A stretch of 64,000 bases of DNA, taken from the human T2T-CHM13v2.0 reference genome, Homo sapiens. A program made the translations under genes and the position numbers. The stretch's first letter is position 1. The number at the start of each line of letters is the position of its first letter. Under the pieces are notes generated by a model. It had not been told where the DNA came from. It searched no databases and was given only the letters and a program-made list of their open reading frames with translations. Positions 1-19,570 of the stretch are shown in pieces. The stretch lies in NCBI RefSeq assembly GCF_009914755.1, contig NC_060943.1. The stretch is one strand, 5' to 3'.

Positions 1-3
1 TTT

Positions 4-1640
<1,637 letters not shown>

Positions 1641-2470
1641 AGGGAGGCAAAAAGACAAATAATCCTATAGAAAAATGAGCTAACAATATGAAAACTCTCA
1701 AAGAGGCAAATCTGGGAGCAAGTGAGGTTTATACTCATCAAAGAAGCATACAATTAAGTAGCATCATAGGATCTATTGTAGAGCCAGAGGATATGTTGTT
1801 CTTTTGGACCTGACTCTGACAACATCTATTAAAAATTTTAAAATAACATCAATCCTTTGATCTACCAATCCCTTCCCTGTAATCTGACCCACAGAAATAA
1901 AAACAACTGAAATCTAAGGGGTGATTACATGAATTTTTATTGTACCATTTCTTATGGTGGCAAATAAGCAAACTGTGAGTAAACGAGGGCAGCTGAATAA
2001 ATTTACAGTATACAATATTAGAGAATATTATGTTGCAATTGCTCATCTTACTCTGACCATCATAATCATTCTTTTTGCTGGGTCCAGGACCATGGCTAAC
2101 TCATGGCACAAAAAGCTAGTCCTGGTTTGGTCTGAATTTGAGTCCTAGTTATTCTGGTGACTTCAAGGCTACCCAAGCACATGGGCAAAACACTTAAAAA
2201 ATATGAAAGATTATTTAAGTAAAGCAAAATGAGGAACAGAAGAAGACAGTTTAGATTCATGTACACATACATATATTTTATTTGGGTATATTACCTCAGA
2301 AAATCAACAACTGTCATTTTCAATCTTATCTCAAGACCAACCTTCAGAAATGCTAGTAAGTGCTACAGTAATATTAACATTATATTGAGTTTAAAAGAAA
2401 TTAATATATTTAAAATCAGTCTAAGGTTTTAATGCTGTATACCCATTTTCATAATCATTCAAAAACATCA

Positions 2471-2950
<480 letters not shown>

Positions 2951-4147
2951 TCAAAAAGATTTGCTTCAAATAAGAGAACACTGTTTAGGTGGAAGATCTC
3001 CTTTTTCAGCACGGTCTTCCCAAGGTAACAAGGGGGTTGGGATTGACTTGGGTGTGTCTGACATAATTGAGAAAGAAATTTAGTCTGCAGGTTAAAAGTG
3101 AAGCTGAAATCCAGGAGTTAATGTTTTCCTCAATGGCTTATAAAAAAATTGAAGAGTGACACAGTTTTCTCATTTTAAAAGTGGCTAATTTCTAATGCTA
3201 ATACTGGTTATGCAGAGTATTAAAATTTCTGATAAATGTTTTAGTAAAAACTAATTCTCTCCATGTCTGTGCATATATTATTTAATAATATGATCCTTAA
3301 ATGTATGTGATCCAACCAATCTGTGGCAAATCATAACCTCCAAGACTATATACAGATTAGAACTACGTACAGATTATGTAAAATTTACTCTTGTGACACA
3401 TGAGTTATTTTAATTGAATTTAAGTTGCCACCCCAATTAAAAATTATTTCATATTTTAAAGATAAGATTTTAGAAATATCTTCTACAGAATATTAGTATC
3501 TGACTAGGAATGTAAGTCCATTATGTTTCATGTACAGCTTCCTCACTCCTATCTGGACTTTTTAACTTTCAGAAGTTTAAGGAAATAAATAGCACGAATG
3601 ATAGAATGAACACAAATATTACCACCACCCAGAATTAATATTTCGTTATGTTTACTTAGAATGTTTCTTTTTAATAAGAAATAGATACAAAATTGAAGTA
3701 TCCTTTAACTACCATGCTTGGTAACATTTCCCTTCCACCTCCTTTCTTCCTAGAGGTAACCACTCCACTTTTGGGAACTGAGTATATACATATCCTTTCA
3801 ATCCATTCTTTAGTTTTACATAATTTATCCATAACCAATTCTTAGTACTAGGGCTGGTTAGTGTTGATTTTATTCAAATTCACAGAAGCATCATTACAAT
3901 ATGTTCATCATTTTTCTTCACTCTAATTTTTTAAAAATATTTCTGTTAATATATAGACTTAATTTGTCACTTAACTGCTAGAGAGTACTCTACTATGTTA
4001 CTATCACATTTTATTCATCTATTTCACAAGAGACAGCATTTGTTTCCCAACTTCTGGCTACTATAACTCATGGTGCAATGAACTATACAGCTATAGACCA
4101 GTACATGACTCCCTGTGTTCATGTTTCTTGGGTAGATGCATATATAT

Positions 4148-4481
4148 AGTAGTTCCCCCTTATCCACAGCTTTGCTTTCCATGGTTTCAGTTACCTGTAG
4201 TCACCACAGTTCATAAATAGTTGAGAACAGTACAATAAGGTATTCTGAGAGAAAGATCATATTCACATAACTTTTATGATTACAGTATATTGTTATAATT
4301 GTTCCATATTATGTTTATTATTGTTTTAAATCTCTTGCTGTGTCTAATCTGTAAACTAAATTTTATCATAGGTATGTATATATAAGAAAAAAACATAGAC
4401 ATAGAGTTTGGTCCTATCTGGGTTTTAGGTATCCACTGGGGGTCTTAGAGTCCATCTCTTGCAGAAAATAGGGGACTACCA
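4148..4481. mobile_element. MER44A-like (Tigger family) MITE
   Basis: Ends AGTAGTTCCCCCTTATCCAC and ATAGGGGACTAC are degenerate inverted repeats; body resembles MER44. Confidence 0.75.
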
Positions 4482-5227
4482 TACTCAAGAGTGGAACTAC
4501 CGGGTATTCTGGAATGTTTTAGAAGTTCTTTCCTGCCCTAAGGTTTTAAAAACATCTTCTTATAAAACTGTTATATTATTAAGTATTGCTTTTTGCATTT
4601 TAGTCTTTAGTACTTTAAGAATTCATAAGAAAAATATTTTATATTATGATGGGAGATATTATTTTTCCATATGAAGAGTCAATTAATTTTTAAGTAATCC
4701 ATGATTTCCCCACCAATCTGGGATACCGCCTCTATCAATTACCAATTCCCCATATATTCATGCACACATTTCTGAATTCAATATTCTGTCTCAGTCTCAG
4801 TTTTATGACTGCTTCAACAACAAATAATTTTGATGATTCTAGTTTTACAATTCATATATGTAGCAAAACATCACAAAAATGATAATTTTGTCTCTTAATT
4901 TCAAATCCTCATACATCTCATATCTATTTCTTAATGCATCTGTAGGCCTTCCAGGAACACATTAAGTAGTGTCCATGACTAGATCCTAACTTTAATGAGT
5001 ATACTCCTAGAAGTACAGCATTGATAATGCTTGTTGTGGGAGTTTTGGGGGTACGGGTTTTCTTTACACTATAATACTTATTAAACATCATAGTATTTAA
5101 GTTTTGAATTGCTGCTGAAGGACTTCCCACATTCATGTCACTTTAATGTAAAATGAATTTTCCAATACACTATTAAGTGTAAAATCTGCTGAACGTTTTG
5201 CTAAATCCAAGGCATTCATAGAGAACT

Positions 5228-6466
5228 TTAATGAGTATGAATTCTCTGGTGTCTAATGTGATGTGACTTTTGGCTGAAAGCTTTCCCACATTCACTACAC
5301 TGATAAGGTTTTTCACCAGTATGGATTCTCATGTGCAGAGCAAGGGTTGAGAACTGAGAAAAGGCTTTCCCACATTCATTACAACCATAGGGTTTCTCAC
5401 CTGTATGGCTTCTCATATGCACAGTAAGAGATGAGCTTTGACAGAAGGCTTTCCCACAGACCTTACACTCATAAGGCTTATCACCTGTATGAATTCTCAC
5501 ATGTACAATAAGTGATGTGATTCGAGAGAAGGCTTTTCCACATTTATTACATTCATAGGGTTTCTCTCCTGTATGAATATTGTGATGTTTAATGAGGTAT
5601 TGCTTCTGCCTGAAGATTGTTCCACATTCATTACATTTGTAGGGTTTCTCTCCAATATGAATTTTCTCATGCTCTGTGAGATTTGACTTGCCACTGAAGG
5701 CTTTCCCACATTCCTTACACGTATAAGGTTTCTCTCCTGTGTGACTTCTCTGGTGTCTAATGAGGCTTGACTTCTGAATGAAAGCTTTCCCACACCCTTT
5801 ACATTCATAAGGTTTCTCTCCAGTATGGATTCTCTGATGTATAATGAGGTTTTCCTTCTGGCTAAAAGCTTTTCCACACTCACTACATTTAAAGGGCTTC
5901 TTTCCAGTATGGATGTTCTGATGTTTAATGAGGTATTGCTTCTGGCTGAAGGCTCTTCCACACTGATTACATTCAAATGGTTTTTCTCCAGTATGAATTT
6001 TCTCATGCTCAGTGAGATATGCTTTGCCGTTAAAGGCTTTGCCACATTCCTTACATGCATAGGGTTTGGTTCCTGTATGATTTTTCTGGTGTCTGATGAT
6101 GGTTGGCATCTGAATAGAAACTTTTTCACATTCATAAGGTTTCTCTCCAGTGTGATGTTTCTGATGAGAAAGGAAGTTTTCCTTCTGGCTGAAGGCTTTT
6201 CCACATTTATTACATTTATATGCCTTCTTTCCTGTGTGACTTCTAAGGTGTAGAGTAAGAGATGAGACTCGAGAGCACACTTTACCACATTCAGTGCATT
6301 CATGAGATTTCTCTCCAGTATGCATTTTCTTATGCTCTACAAGGTTTTGCTTCAGGCTAAAAGTTTTTCTACATTCATTACATTCATAAGGTTTCTCTCC
6401 AGTATGAATTTGATCATGCTGAAGGAGATCTGATTCATGCTGAAGACTTTCCAACATGCCTATCAT
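5228..6466 (-). CDS. ZNF260: Zinc finger protein 260, 412 aa; 13 intact C2H2 fingers plus 1 degenerate; no KRAB; single coding exon
   Basis: [32 protein letters not shown]...[15 protein letters not shown] with tandem CxxC-x12-HxxxH and TGEKP linkers; recognised as human ZNF260. Confidence 0.95.
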   Translation of the reverse strand: MIGMLESLQHESDLLQHDQIHTGEKPYECNECRKTFSLKQNLVEHKKMHTGEKSHECTECGKVCSRVSSLTLHLRSHTGKKAYKCNKCGKAFSQKENFLSHQKHHTGEKPYECEKVSIQMPTIIRHQKNHTGTKPYACKECGKAFNGKAYLTEHEKIHTGEKPFECNQCGRAFSQKQYLIKHQNIHTGKKPFKCSECGKAFSQKENLIIHQRIHTGEKPYECKGCGKAFIQKSSLIRHQRSHTGEKPYTCKECGKAFSGKSNLTEHEKIHIGEKPYKCNECGTIFRQKQYLIKHHNIHTGEKPYECNKCGKAFSRITSLIVHVRIHTGDKPYECKVCGKAFCQSSSLTVHMRSHTGEKPYGCNECGKAFSQFSTLALHMRIHTGEKPYQCSECGKAFSQKSHHIRHQRIHTH

Positions 6467-6927
6467 GCATGTGAATTTAATCAGGAGATTTCCCTAGTAT
6501 CAAATAAGATGTAATAAGGATGAAAGCTTTCCCACATTCACTAAATTCATATGGTGTATTTTCAATATTAATTCTCAGGTATCTAATGAAGTTAAATTTA
6601 TGATGGAAGACTTTTCTCACATTGATTACCCTGAGATGAGATGATTACAAAAAGGGATAAAATGTAACATTCTCTTTATATTCTTAATGGTTCTTATATA
6701 GCTTCTCCCATATTTAGGTATAGATTGTATATAAATTAGGTTTCAAATTCTTTTAAACTGAGTTCCATACACAGAAGGGTAGTCTTGAAGAATCAATGAC
6801 TGTTCAGAGGAAATACTTTGTTTCCTAAATTTTCCCTCAGTCTGTCTTTTCACAGAGAAAGATGAGACTTAACTTACAAGTCTTTCATGTTGCGTCTTTA
6901 TCTGTTTATAAACTTCCCAGGCTTCTT
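6467..6927 (-). other. ZNF260: ZNF260 last exon, 5' UTR part (461 nt); fossil linker and degenerate fingers
   Basis: Minus-strand acceptor tacttccttttag|AAGAAGCCTGG with AG at 6929-6928; decayed finger translations upstream of the ATG. Confidence 0.8.
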
Positions 6928-7012
6928 CTAAAAGGAAGTACAAAAAAATCATAATTGAAAAAGTTAATATAATATATAGTGCCTGGCATGTAATAAGCGT
7001 CCAATAAATTAG

Positions 7013-9356
<2,344 letters not shown>

Positions 9357-11081
9357 CGGAAGAATTATTTTCTGAAAAAATGAGAAGACCATGAGAACAC
9401 CTACAGATGCTAACATTTGGAATCATCTAACGAAACACATCTATATTACTGATTGATGCACAGTGAAAACCACCATTTCATAAGCCCCGCTTACATACAC
9501 AAATTAATATAGAGCTAAAGATCAGAAAACATTTGATGAAAGTCCTAACATCAAAGGCAGATCAAACAAAATACAAGGCAAAGAGCAGAAAAACTCACCC
9601 ATATAATACTACAATTAATATCATGGAAAGTTAGGAGATTACTATTATCACTGCAATGAAATATTAACAGTGTTCTATAAAGAGGTGTTTTTAGAAATAA
9701 ACAATATGAAATTGATCTTAAAAATTCAGTATGTTGGGGAAAGAAAGTCTAGAAAATCTCCTAGAATAAAAAAAGGAAGAATGGAGGAAGGCAGAAAGAA
9801 AGAGTGTAATGGTTGGAACATTTAGTGGGTTAGTGGAAGAATCTGGAAGGATCAGCATCTACTAAAGAAGTTCCAAAGAAAGTATGAAGAAAAATGAATA
9901 CAGGACATTTTCAAAGAGCTAATAAAGAACACTTCCCAGAATTACAAATCATGAGTCCACATACTTAGCAGGCCCATTGAGTACAAAGAACATTCCATTT
10001 AAAAAGATAGCGGCAAAAGCACATCAATACAAAATTTCACCTAGGGATAAAAAGAGGATCCTAGTTTGAGACCGGCCTGTGCAACACAGTGTGATCTTGT
10101 CTCTACTAAAAATAAAAAAGATTATCTGGGTGTGGTGGCATATACATGTACTCCCTTCTACTTGGGGAGGCTGAGATGGTACGATGGCTTGAGCCCAGGA
10201 GAGTGAGCTATGATTACCCTACTGAACTCCGGCTTGGGCAAGAGTGAGACCTTGTCTTAACAAAAAAAAAAAATCCTAAATGTTCCAAAACATTTATCCT
10301 ATAAAAGGAAATAAAAGAAAAAGACATACCACATCAAAAAGGCATCAGATTGCAAGACAATGGATAATCCTAACCATAAGTTACTTCCAACTTAGACTTC
10401 TAGGTTTTACAGTTCTGTCTGAAAGCTTGGGAAGAATCAAAACACAAAAATGGAAAACTAAGCAAACAAAACAAAGAAGCAAATATTAATTAAAAGAAAA
10501 GCAAAAGGTTATACAAGAAATCAAACAGAGTCATAGAAAATCATTTGGTTTACCAGTCAACAATGCTTACAGTGTTATAGTTACGTAAATGCTTACAAAT
10601 GCTTTAATAAAAAAGCAGTGATCTTACTAGTATCAGAAGTCAGAAGGGGAAGTATGGGTATAACATACTGGGGGTAACATTTCAGAACCCCGTTAGTAAC
10701 TGAGAAAACAACCACTCTCAACCTCTGAATTCAAATCCATAAAATACAATATAAATAAAAAGAAAAATGTATACACATTTATAACATATTTTATTAATCA
10801 GTTTATCCTATATCTTGAAAATAGATTATAAACCACCTTTTTAAATGCCCAAAGAACATTCTGAAAATCAGCCCATATAGTAGCCTGTTCCACAAAGTAG
10901 TAAAGGATGGACAAAATACTCTGACCAAAAAAACAAAAAACCCAACACATAGAAATGACAGAACAAAAACAAAACCTTTCACTTGTAAATTTCAAAATCT
11001 ATTGGTTTGAACAAACCCTTTGGCCAGGGAAAATTAATGCTTGGAGAATGAAGTTTTAGCATAAAAGCTTACATCATTTTA

Positions 11082-13718
<2,637 letters not shown>

Positions 13719-13722
13719 ACCA

Positions 13723-13902
13723 CAAGGTTGGCAAACTAAAAGAGTTTTTCTGGAACATGGCCATGTTTATTTATTTTCTTGTCCATGACTACTTTCACAG
13801 TATAATGCTTGAGATAAGTAGCTGCAATGGAGACCCTGTAGCCTACAAAGACTTAAATATTAACCATCTGGCCCTTTACAGAAAAAGCTTGCTGAACTCC
13901 TG
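13723..13902. mobile_element. MER58A-like hAT-Charlie fragment
   Basis: CAAGGTTGGCAAACT...ATCTGGCCCTTTACAGAAAAAGCTTGCTGAACTCCTG. Confidence 0.7.
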
Positions 13903-14204
13903 TCCTAGAGTAGCAATTCCTCCATCTTCTATCTGGCTGAAACCAGGTTGCATTGTTGATCCAGCTCCAACCACAACCAGATAATAAAGAGAGAACCTCG
14001 GAGGAATCCATATGTTTCAGGGACCATAAGCACCAAAGTTAGCATGCAAATCTGGACTATTCACCACATGAGTGTTATGTGACCAAGAAATCAATTCCTA
14101 CATTCCTTAAACTGGCACTTTGAAGTTTATTATAGTCACTTAGCTTTACTGTGATTAGTACACTTCTTATTGCTTTACATATCATGAATCTGAGATGCCT
14201 AACA

Positions 14205-14640
14205 AATACTAATCACCAGCCTGGACCTCTCTCCTCAACAATCAATTCAAATATCCAGCTGACTACTCAACATTTCCACTTGGATGTCTAATAGTGATCT
14301 AACTTACCCTGCCCCTATTCAAACTCTTGCTCCAGCTCCCAAACCAACTCCTCTCAAATTCTTCTCATCTCTTTAAATAGCAATCTCATTCTCCTTGTTG
14401 CTCAAACAATACTTCTCTTTCAGTCAGATTGCACACTCTTTACAACCTCGTAGCTTACTGGCTATTTTGGACAATCCTCACTGTGACCACCAAGGTCTAA
14501 GCCACATGTCTTGCCAGGATTATTTAACAGCCTCCTTACCAGTCTTGCTACTTTAGCTTTCAACTCTTTACAGTTCTCAACACAGCAGCCACAGTAATCT
14601 TGTCACAGTCCAATCACATCACTGCTCTACTTGAAAGCCT
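14205..14640. mobile_element. L2 fragment
   Basis: ATATCCAGCTGACTACTCAACATTTCCACTTGGATGTCTAA is a typical L2 motif. Confidence 0.65.
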
Positions 14641-14824
14641 TTTTGTATCCTCATAAAAACATTTAGAAGCATACAGCAGACACTGTTAACAGTGGCTGCT
14701 TCTGGGAAACAGGGGATTGAGGGCCAGGAATGAAGAGACATACCTGATTGTTTTAATTTTCTATCAAGTATACATATTAAATTTTGATAATAATAGTATT
14801 ATTTCTTTTTTTTTTTTTTTTTGA

Positions 14825-14929
<105 letters not shown>

Positions 14930-15365
14930 TGAGTAGCTGGGATTACAGGCATGTGCCACCTCGCCAGGCTAATTTTTGTATTTTTAGTAGAGACGGGGTT
15001 TCACCATGTTGGTCAGGCTGGTCTCAAACTCCTGACCTCATGATCCACCTGCCGCAGCCTCCCAAAGTGCTGGGATTACAGGCGTGCACCACCATACCCA
15101 GCCATTATTATTTCTTTTTAAAATTAACAGGGTAATGAACTAATAGGAAGTCAGCACTAATCCCTAAGCCTGTAATATTGTTAAAAAGCAGGAGGTGACA
15201 TAGTGTTGAACTATGATGGCTGGAGGTAGGAAGACAATAGAAAACAAGAGTAAGGAAGCAAAATTCAATTCTGAGGAATATAACAATGGAAGGAGAAAGA
15301 ATGATAGAAAGTTAAAATGTAAAGAAAAGAATCTACTTGCTAGTCTTTGAAAGTTTTTTTATTGA

Positions 15366-15643
<278 letters not shown>

Positions 15644-15743
15644 TGATCCGCCAGCCTCGGCCTCCCAAAGTGCTGGGATTACAGGCGTGAGCCACCACGC
15701 CTGGCCAGAATGATTACATTTTAAAGAAAATAACTTACATGCT

Positions 15744-15745
<2 letters not shown>

Positions 15746-15782
<37 letters not shown>

Positions 15783-15969
15783 TGATCATTCTTGGGTGTT
15801 TCTCGCAGAGGGGGATTTGGCAGGGTCATAGGACAATAGTGGAGGGAAGGTCAGTAGATAAACAAGTGAACAAAGGTCTCTGGTTTTCCTAGGCAGAGGA
15901 CCCTGCGGCCTTCCGCAGTGTTTGTGTCCCTGGGTACTTAAGATTAGGGAGTGGTGATGACTCTTAACG
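15746..15969 (-). mobile_element. 5'-truncated SVA (3' end of SINE-R plus poly-A) with 14-bp TSD
   Basis: T35 then ATTGATCATTCTTGGGTGTTTCTCGCAGAGGGGGATTTGGCAGGG...; TSD ACATGCTAGTTTTT at 15737-15750 and 15970-15983. Confidence 0.93.
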
Positions 15970-16400
15970 ACATGCTAGTTTTTGAAAACTAACAGATCTA
16001 TGAAGGACTGAATGCTTAAGGAAACGCATCTAGGCATACAGGGAAAAGTGAAAAATGGAGAATGTTAGTGAAAGGAAGAAAAGTGAAATTGAGGCTGTAA
16101 AAAAATCATAAAATTGAGGCTGCAAATGATGTAGAATGACTGGCATCCAGAATAGATTTTAGAAGAGCAATCAGTCCTCTAGAATCTGATAAAAGGGATG
16201 CATAGATTCAGGAAGACAGTCTGGAAATGTCATTTAGGTATCTAAAGAATTCCCAGCAACAGTCACTCTAAAAGACAAAGGCTAGTACGAAAATCTCAAA
16301 AAAACAAACAAACAAACAAACAAAAAAACCCCACAACAACTCAGAGGCTGCAAATTCTCACTGAATAACTGCAATAAGTCTTTATCTCATTCATACCTAC

Positions 16401-16619
16401 CAGGTTCTTGCTTACTCACACAAAGAGAACCTTCTTTACATTTCTTTCTCAATCATCTGTTGCTGTTCTTTTAAGTGCTGACTTTAAACTTGTGAGCAGA
16501 AAAATGACACTGGACTTGGATGTTATGGTTGGGGAACAAAGCAGCATCCCAAAATTCAGGGAGCGCCCTTAGAACTCTAAGAGGTTTTGCAGCTCCTGTG
16601 GATATACAAGGAAGCAGGC
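16401..16619 (-). other. ZNF260: ZNF260 non-coding exon 2 (about 219 nt)
   Basis: Acceptor ctttgttctttttcacag|GCC (AG at 16621-16620); donor CTG|gtaggt at 16400; alternative donor gtgagt at 16419. Confidence 0.65.
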
Positions 16620-17412
16620 CTGTGAAAAAGAACAAAGTAATGATGATTCTTTGGCTTTGACCTACATGTGAGCAAATGGAAAAACAGTATTTGTACATAG
16701 CACCTCAGGCCAGACCCATTATGCCATTCAAAAGCTCTACACATTTCAATGGCCGGGCATGGAAGCTCACGTCTGTAATCTCAGCACCTTGGGAGGCCGA
16801 GGCAGGCAGATCACTTGAGATTAGGAGTTCGAGACCCGCCTGGCCAACATGGTGAAACCCTGTCTCTACTAAAAATACAAAAATTAGCCAGGCGTGGTGG
16901 CATATGCCTGTAGTCCCAGCTACTCAGGAGGCTGAGGCAAGAGAATCACTTGAAGCCAGGAGGCAGAGGTTGCACTGAACCAAGGTCACGCCACTATACA
17001 CCAGCCTAAGCGACAGTGGAGACTCCATCTCAAGGAAGGAAAAAAAAAAAAAAGCTCTAAACATTTCAAAAATGAGAAACAGAAGGGACCTTATTTTCAG
17101 AATTTAGGTTACACAGAGAAACTATGAGAGACTAAGATGCCAGAGTTATCCACAATCACAACCTGTATAGGTTCCTTCGAGCAGGTGTCACTTGTGACCT
17201 TGCTCCTGAGTGAAGTCACATCTTTGCATATAATTTTTCCCCATAACACTTTTCTCATAAGTCTGAAGTAACCAACCTTGAGTGATATGGAAAAAAATAC
17301 AGGAAATTATTCTGATGGTATTTATAGGTCAGAGCTCTAAAAAATTTAGAGGACTAATATTTTACTTAGATTAACTAGGAGAAGTTAAATATAGTAAGTG
17401 TCCTATAATAAT

Positions 17413-18058
<646 letters not shown>

Positions 18059-18594
18059 TCATTCACTGATTCAGCAAACATATACATTTATGATTATGTG
18101 TGCTGAGAAACCTTGGTTTACAATTTGTAATGGGATATAGCAAATCAAAGGATCAAACTTACTTAGAAGCCTTCTCTAAGATGTAAGTGCCTTAGAACCT
18201 GGCTAGACAGTGCTATAAATTGCTGAAACAGGTACAGAGGGGAAATAGATGGAGGCAGACTGCAGGAAGAAGGAGCCCTTTAGACATAAAGAGCTTGAAG
18301 TTCCCTGTAACTTCCAGGTGGACTGCACATTGGGCAATTAGATAATATGGATTAGGAGCTCAGGACAAGCCTCCAGCAGAAACAGACATTTATTAGTCAT
18401 CTGTATTAGATGAAGCCATGGATGGCAGTGTAATGTTGTTGCTGATAGGAGTACTTAGATGATCAAGGCCAGAAACTTAGAAACACCAATAGTTAGGGGA
18501 AAAGCAGAAACTAAGTCCTGTCTTCTTTGTATCTTTTACTTTTTCGGTATATTTCAAAACTATTAACCCTGTTACTTTTTTATTTTATTGAAAA

Positions 18595-18669
18595 ATATGT
18601 TAAGAATAAGTGTGACAAGATACGTGAATATGTTGATATGTTAAGAATAAGTGTGACAAGATACTTGAA
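18595..18669. repeat. Direct duplication of 29-34 bp, period 41
   Basis: ATATGTTAAGAATAAGTGTGACAAGATAC at 18595 and 18636. Confidence 0.95.
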
Positions 18670-19428
18670 GATAGGATACTTCTATCTTTGTATACACAAG
18701 AAAAGAATTTCCCCTATATTTACAAAAGGCTGGGGAAACCCTGATTAAATTAGGAGTGAGATTGCTGCCCTCACTGACGAACTAGGGAGTTTCTTGACCT
18801 CTGCGCTAAAGGCAGGACAAGTAGCTTCCAAATTCTGTGCCGTCTGCGCTATTGGAAACTATCTCTTAAAGATATTCCTTAGTTCAGGGTTTCTCCAAGC
18901 AACTGCACCAAAGTTTCTCCAAAGTATTAAGAAAAGTCAATGCCTACTGGGTGTACAGGCACCCAGTAACAAGTTTTTCCTAAATCTTTCCTCTTTAAAA
19001 AAATAATGGAAAGGTAATGCTGATTTTGTTTTCTACTCCACAATAGGTCTGCTTTTATATAAAAAATCACCTTTAAAATTACTTATCCGCTCAATTCCTT
19101 AGCCTTTTCCGTTTCCTATTTTCCAGAAAACGCATCTTTATTATTTTAGAAATGAGAAAAGTGAGGCTTAGAGGTTACTACCTCACAAAGCCATCCGTCC
19201 ATCCTCACAAACTTGGAACCAGTTTCTCACTAACTCTGCACCCTCAACACCCCCTCACACTCTCGGTCACCCACCCGCGAACCCACCCGAACTGTACCCC
19301 TGCCCCCAGCCACACAAGCTCGGATCACCGCACATCATAGAAGGCGATTCCTCCCCTCCATACTCCCAGCCCCGTCGCAGGCACTGCAAATCCTCCCCTC
19401 CAGCGTCCCTGGCCCGTTTCAGTGTCCA

Positions 19429-19481
19429 GAAACCCAAGTCCCACAGGGCCGAAACCCAAGTCCCACAGGGCCGAAACCCAA
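19429..19481. repeat. 22-bp tandem repeat, 2.4 copies
   Basis: GAAACCCAAGTCCCACAGGGCC twice, then GAAACCCAA. Confidence 0.95.
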
Positions 19482-19486
19482 CTCAC

Positions 19487-19570
19487 CGGCAGACAAAGAC
19501 GACCATGGCAAGTCGGAGATTCCGCGCCTGCGCACTCCTTCCGCGGGCAGCGCTCCCAGAGGTCTCCTGG
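19487..19570 (-). other. ZNF260: ZNF260 non-coding exon 1; TSS approximate
   Basis: Consensus donor CCG|GTGAGT at 19486-19481 at the CpG island edge, followed by G/T-rich intron sequence. Confidence 0.7.
19523..19534. promoter_or_regulatory. NRF1-like site
   Basis: CGCGCCTGCGCA versus consensus YGCGCAYGCGCR. Confidence 0.6.

Noticed and set aside
5825-6253. 142-aa antisense ORF over the ZNF260 fingers
   Set aside because: Antisense frames of finger arrays are often open; no promoter or splice evidence
5497-6303. 268-aa alternative-frame ORF inside ZNF260 (likewise 38125-38526 and 38602-39135 in ZNF529)
   Set aside because: Repeating ILERNLMNV-type shifted frames are a usual by-product of C2H2 codon usage; no independent support
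19429-19481. Short direct repeats as a possible CRISPR-like array (also 18595-18669)
   Set aside because: Only about two copies, no spacer series, and the context is human
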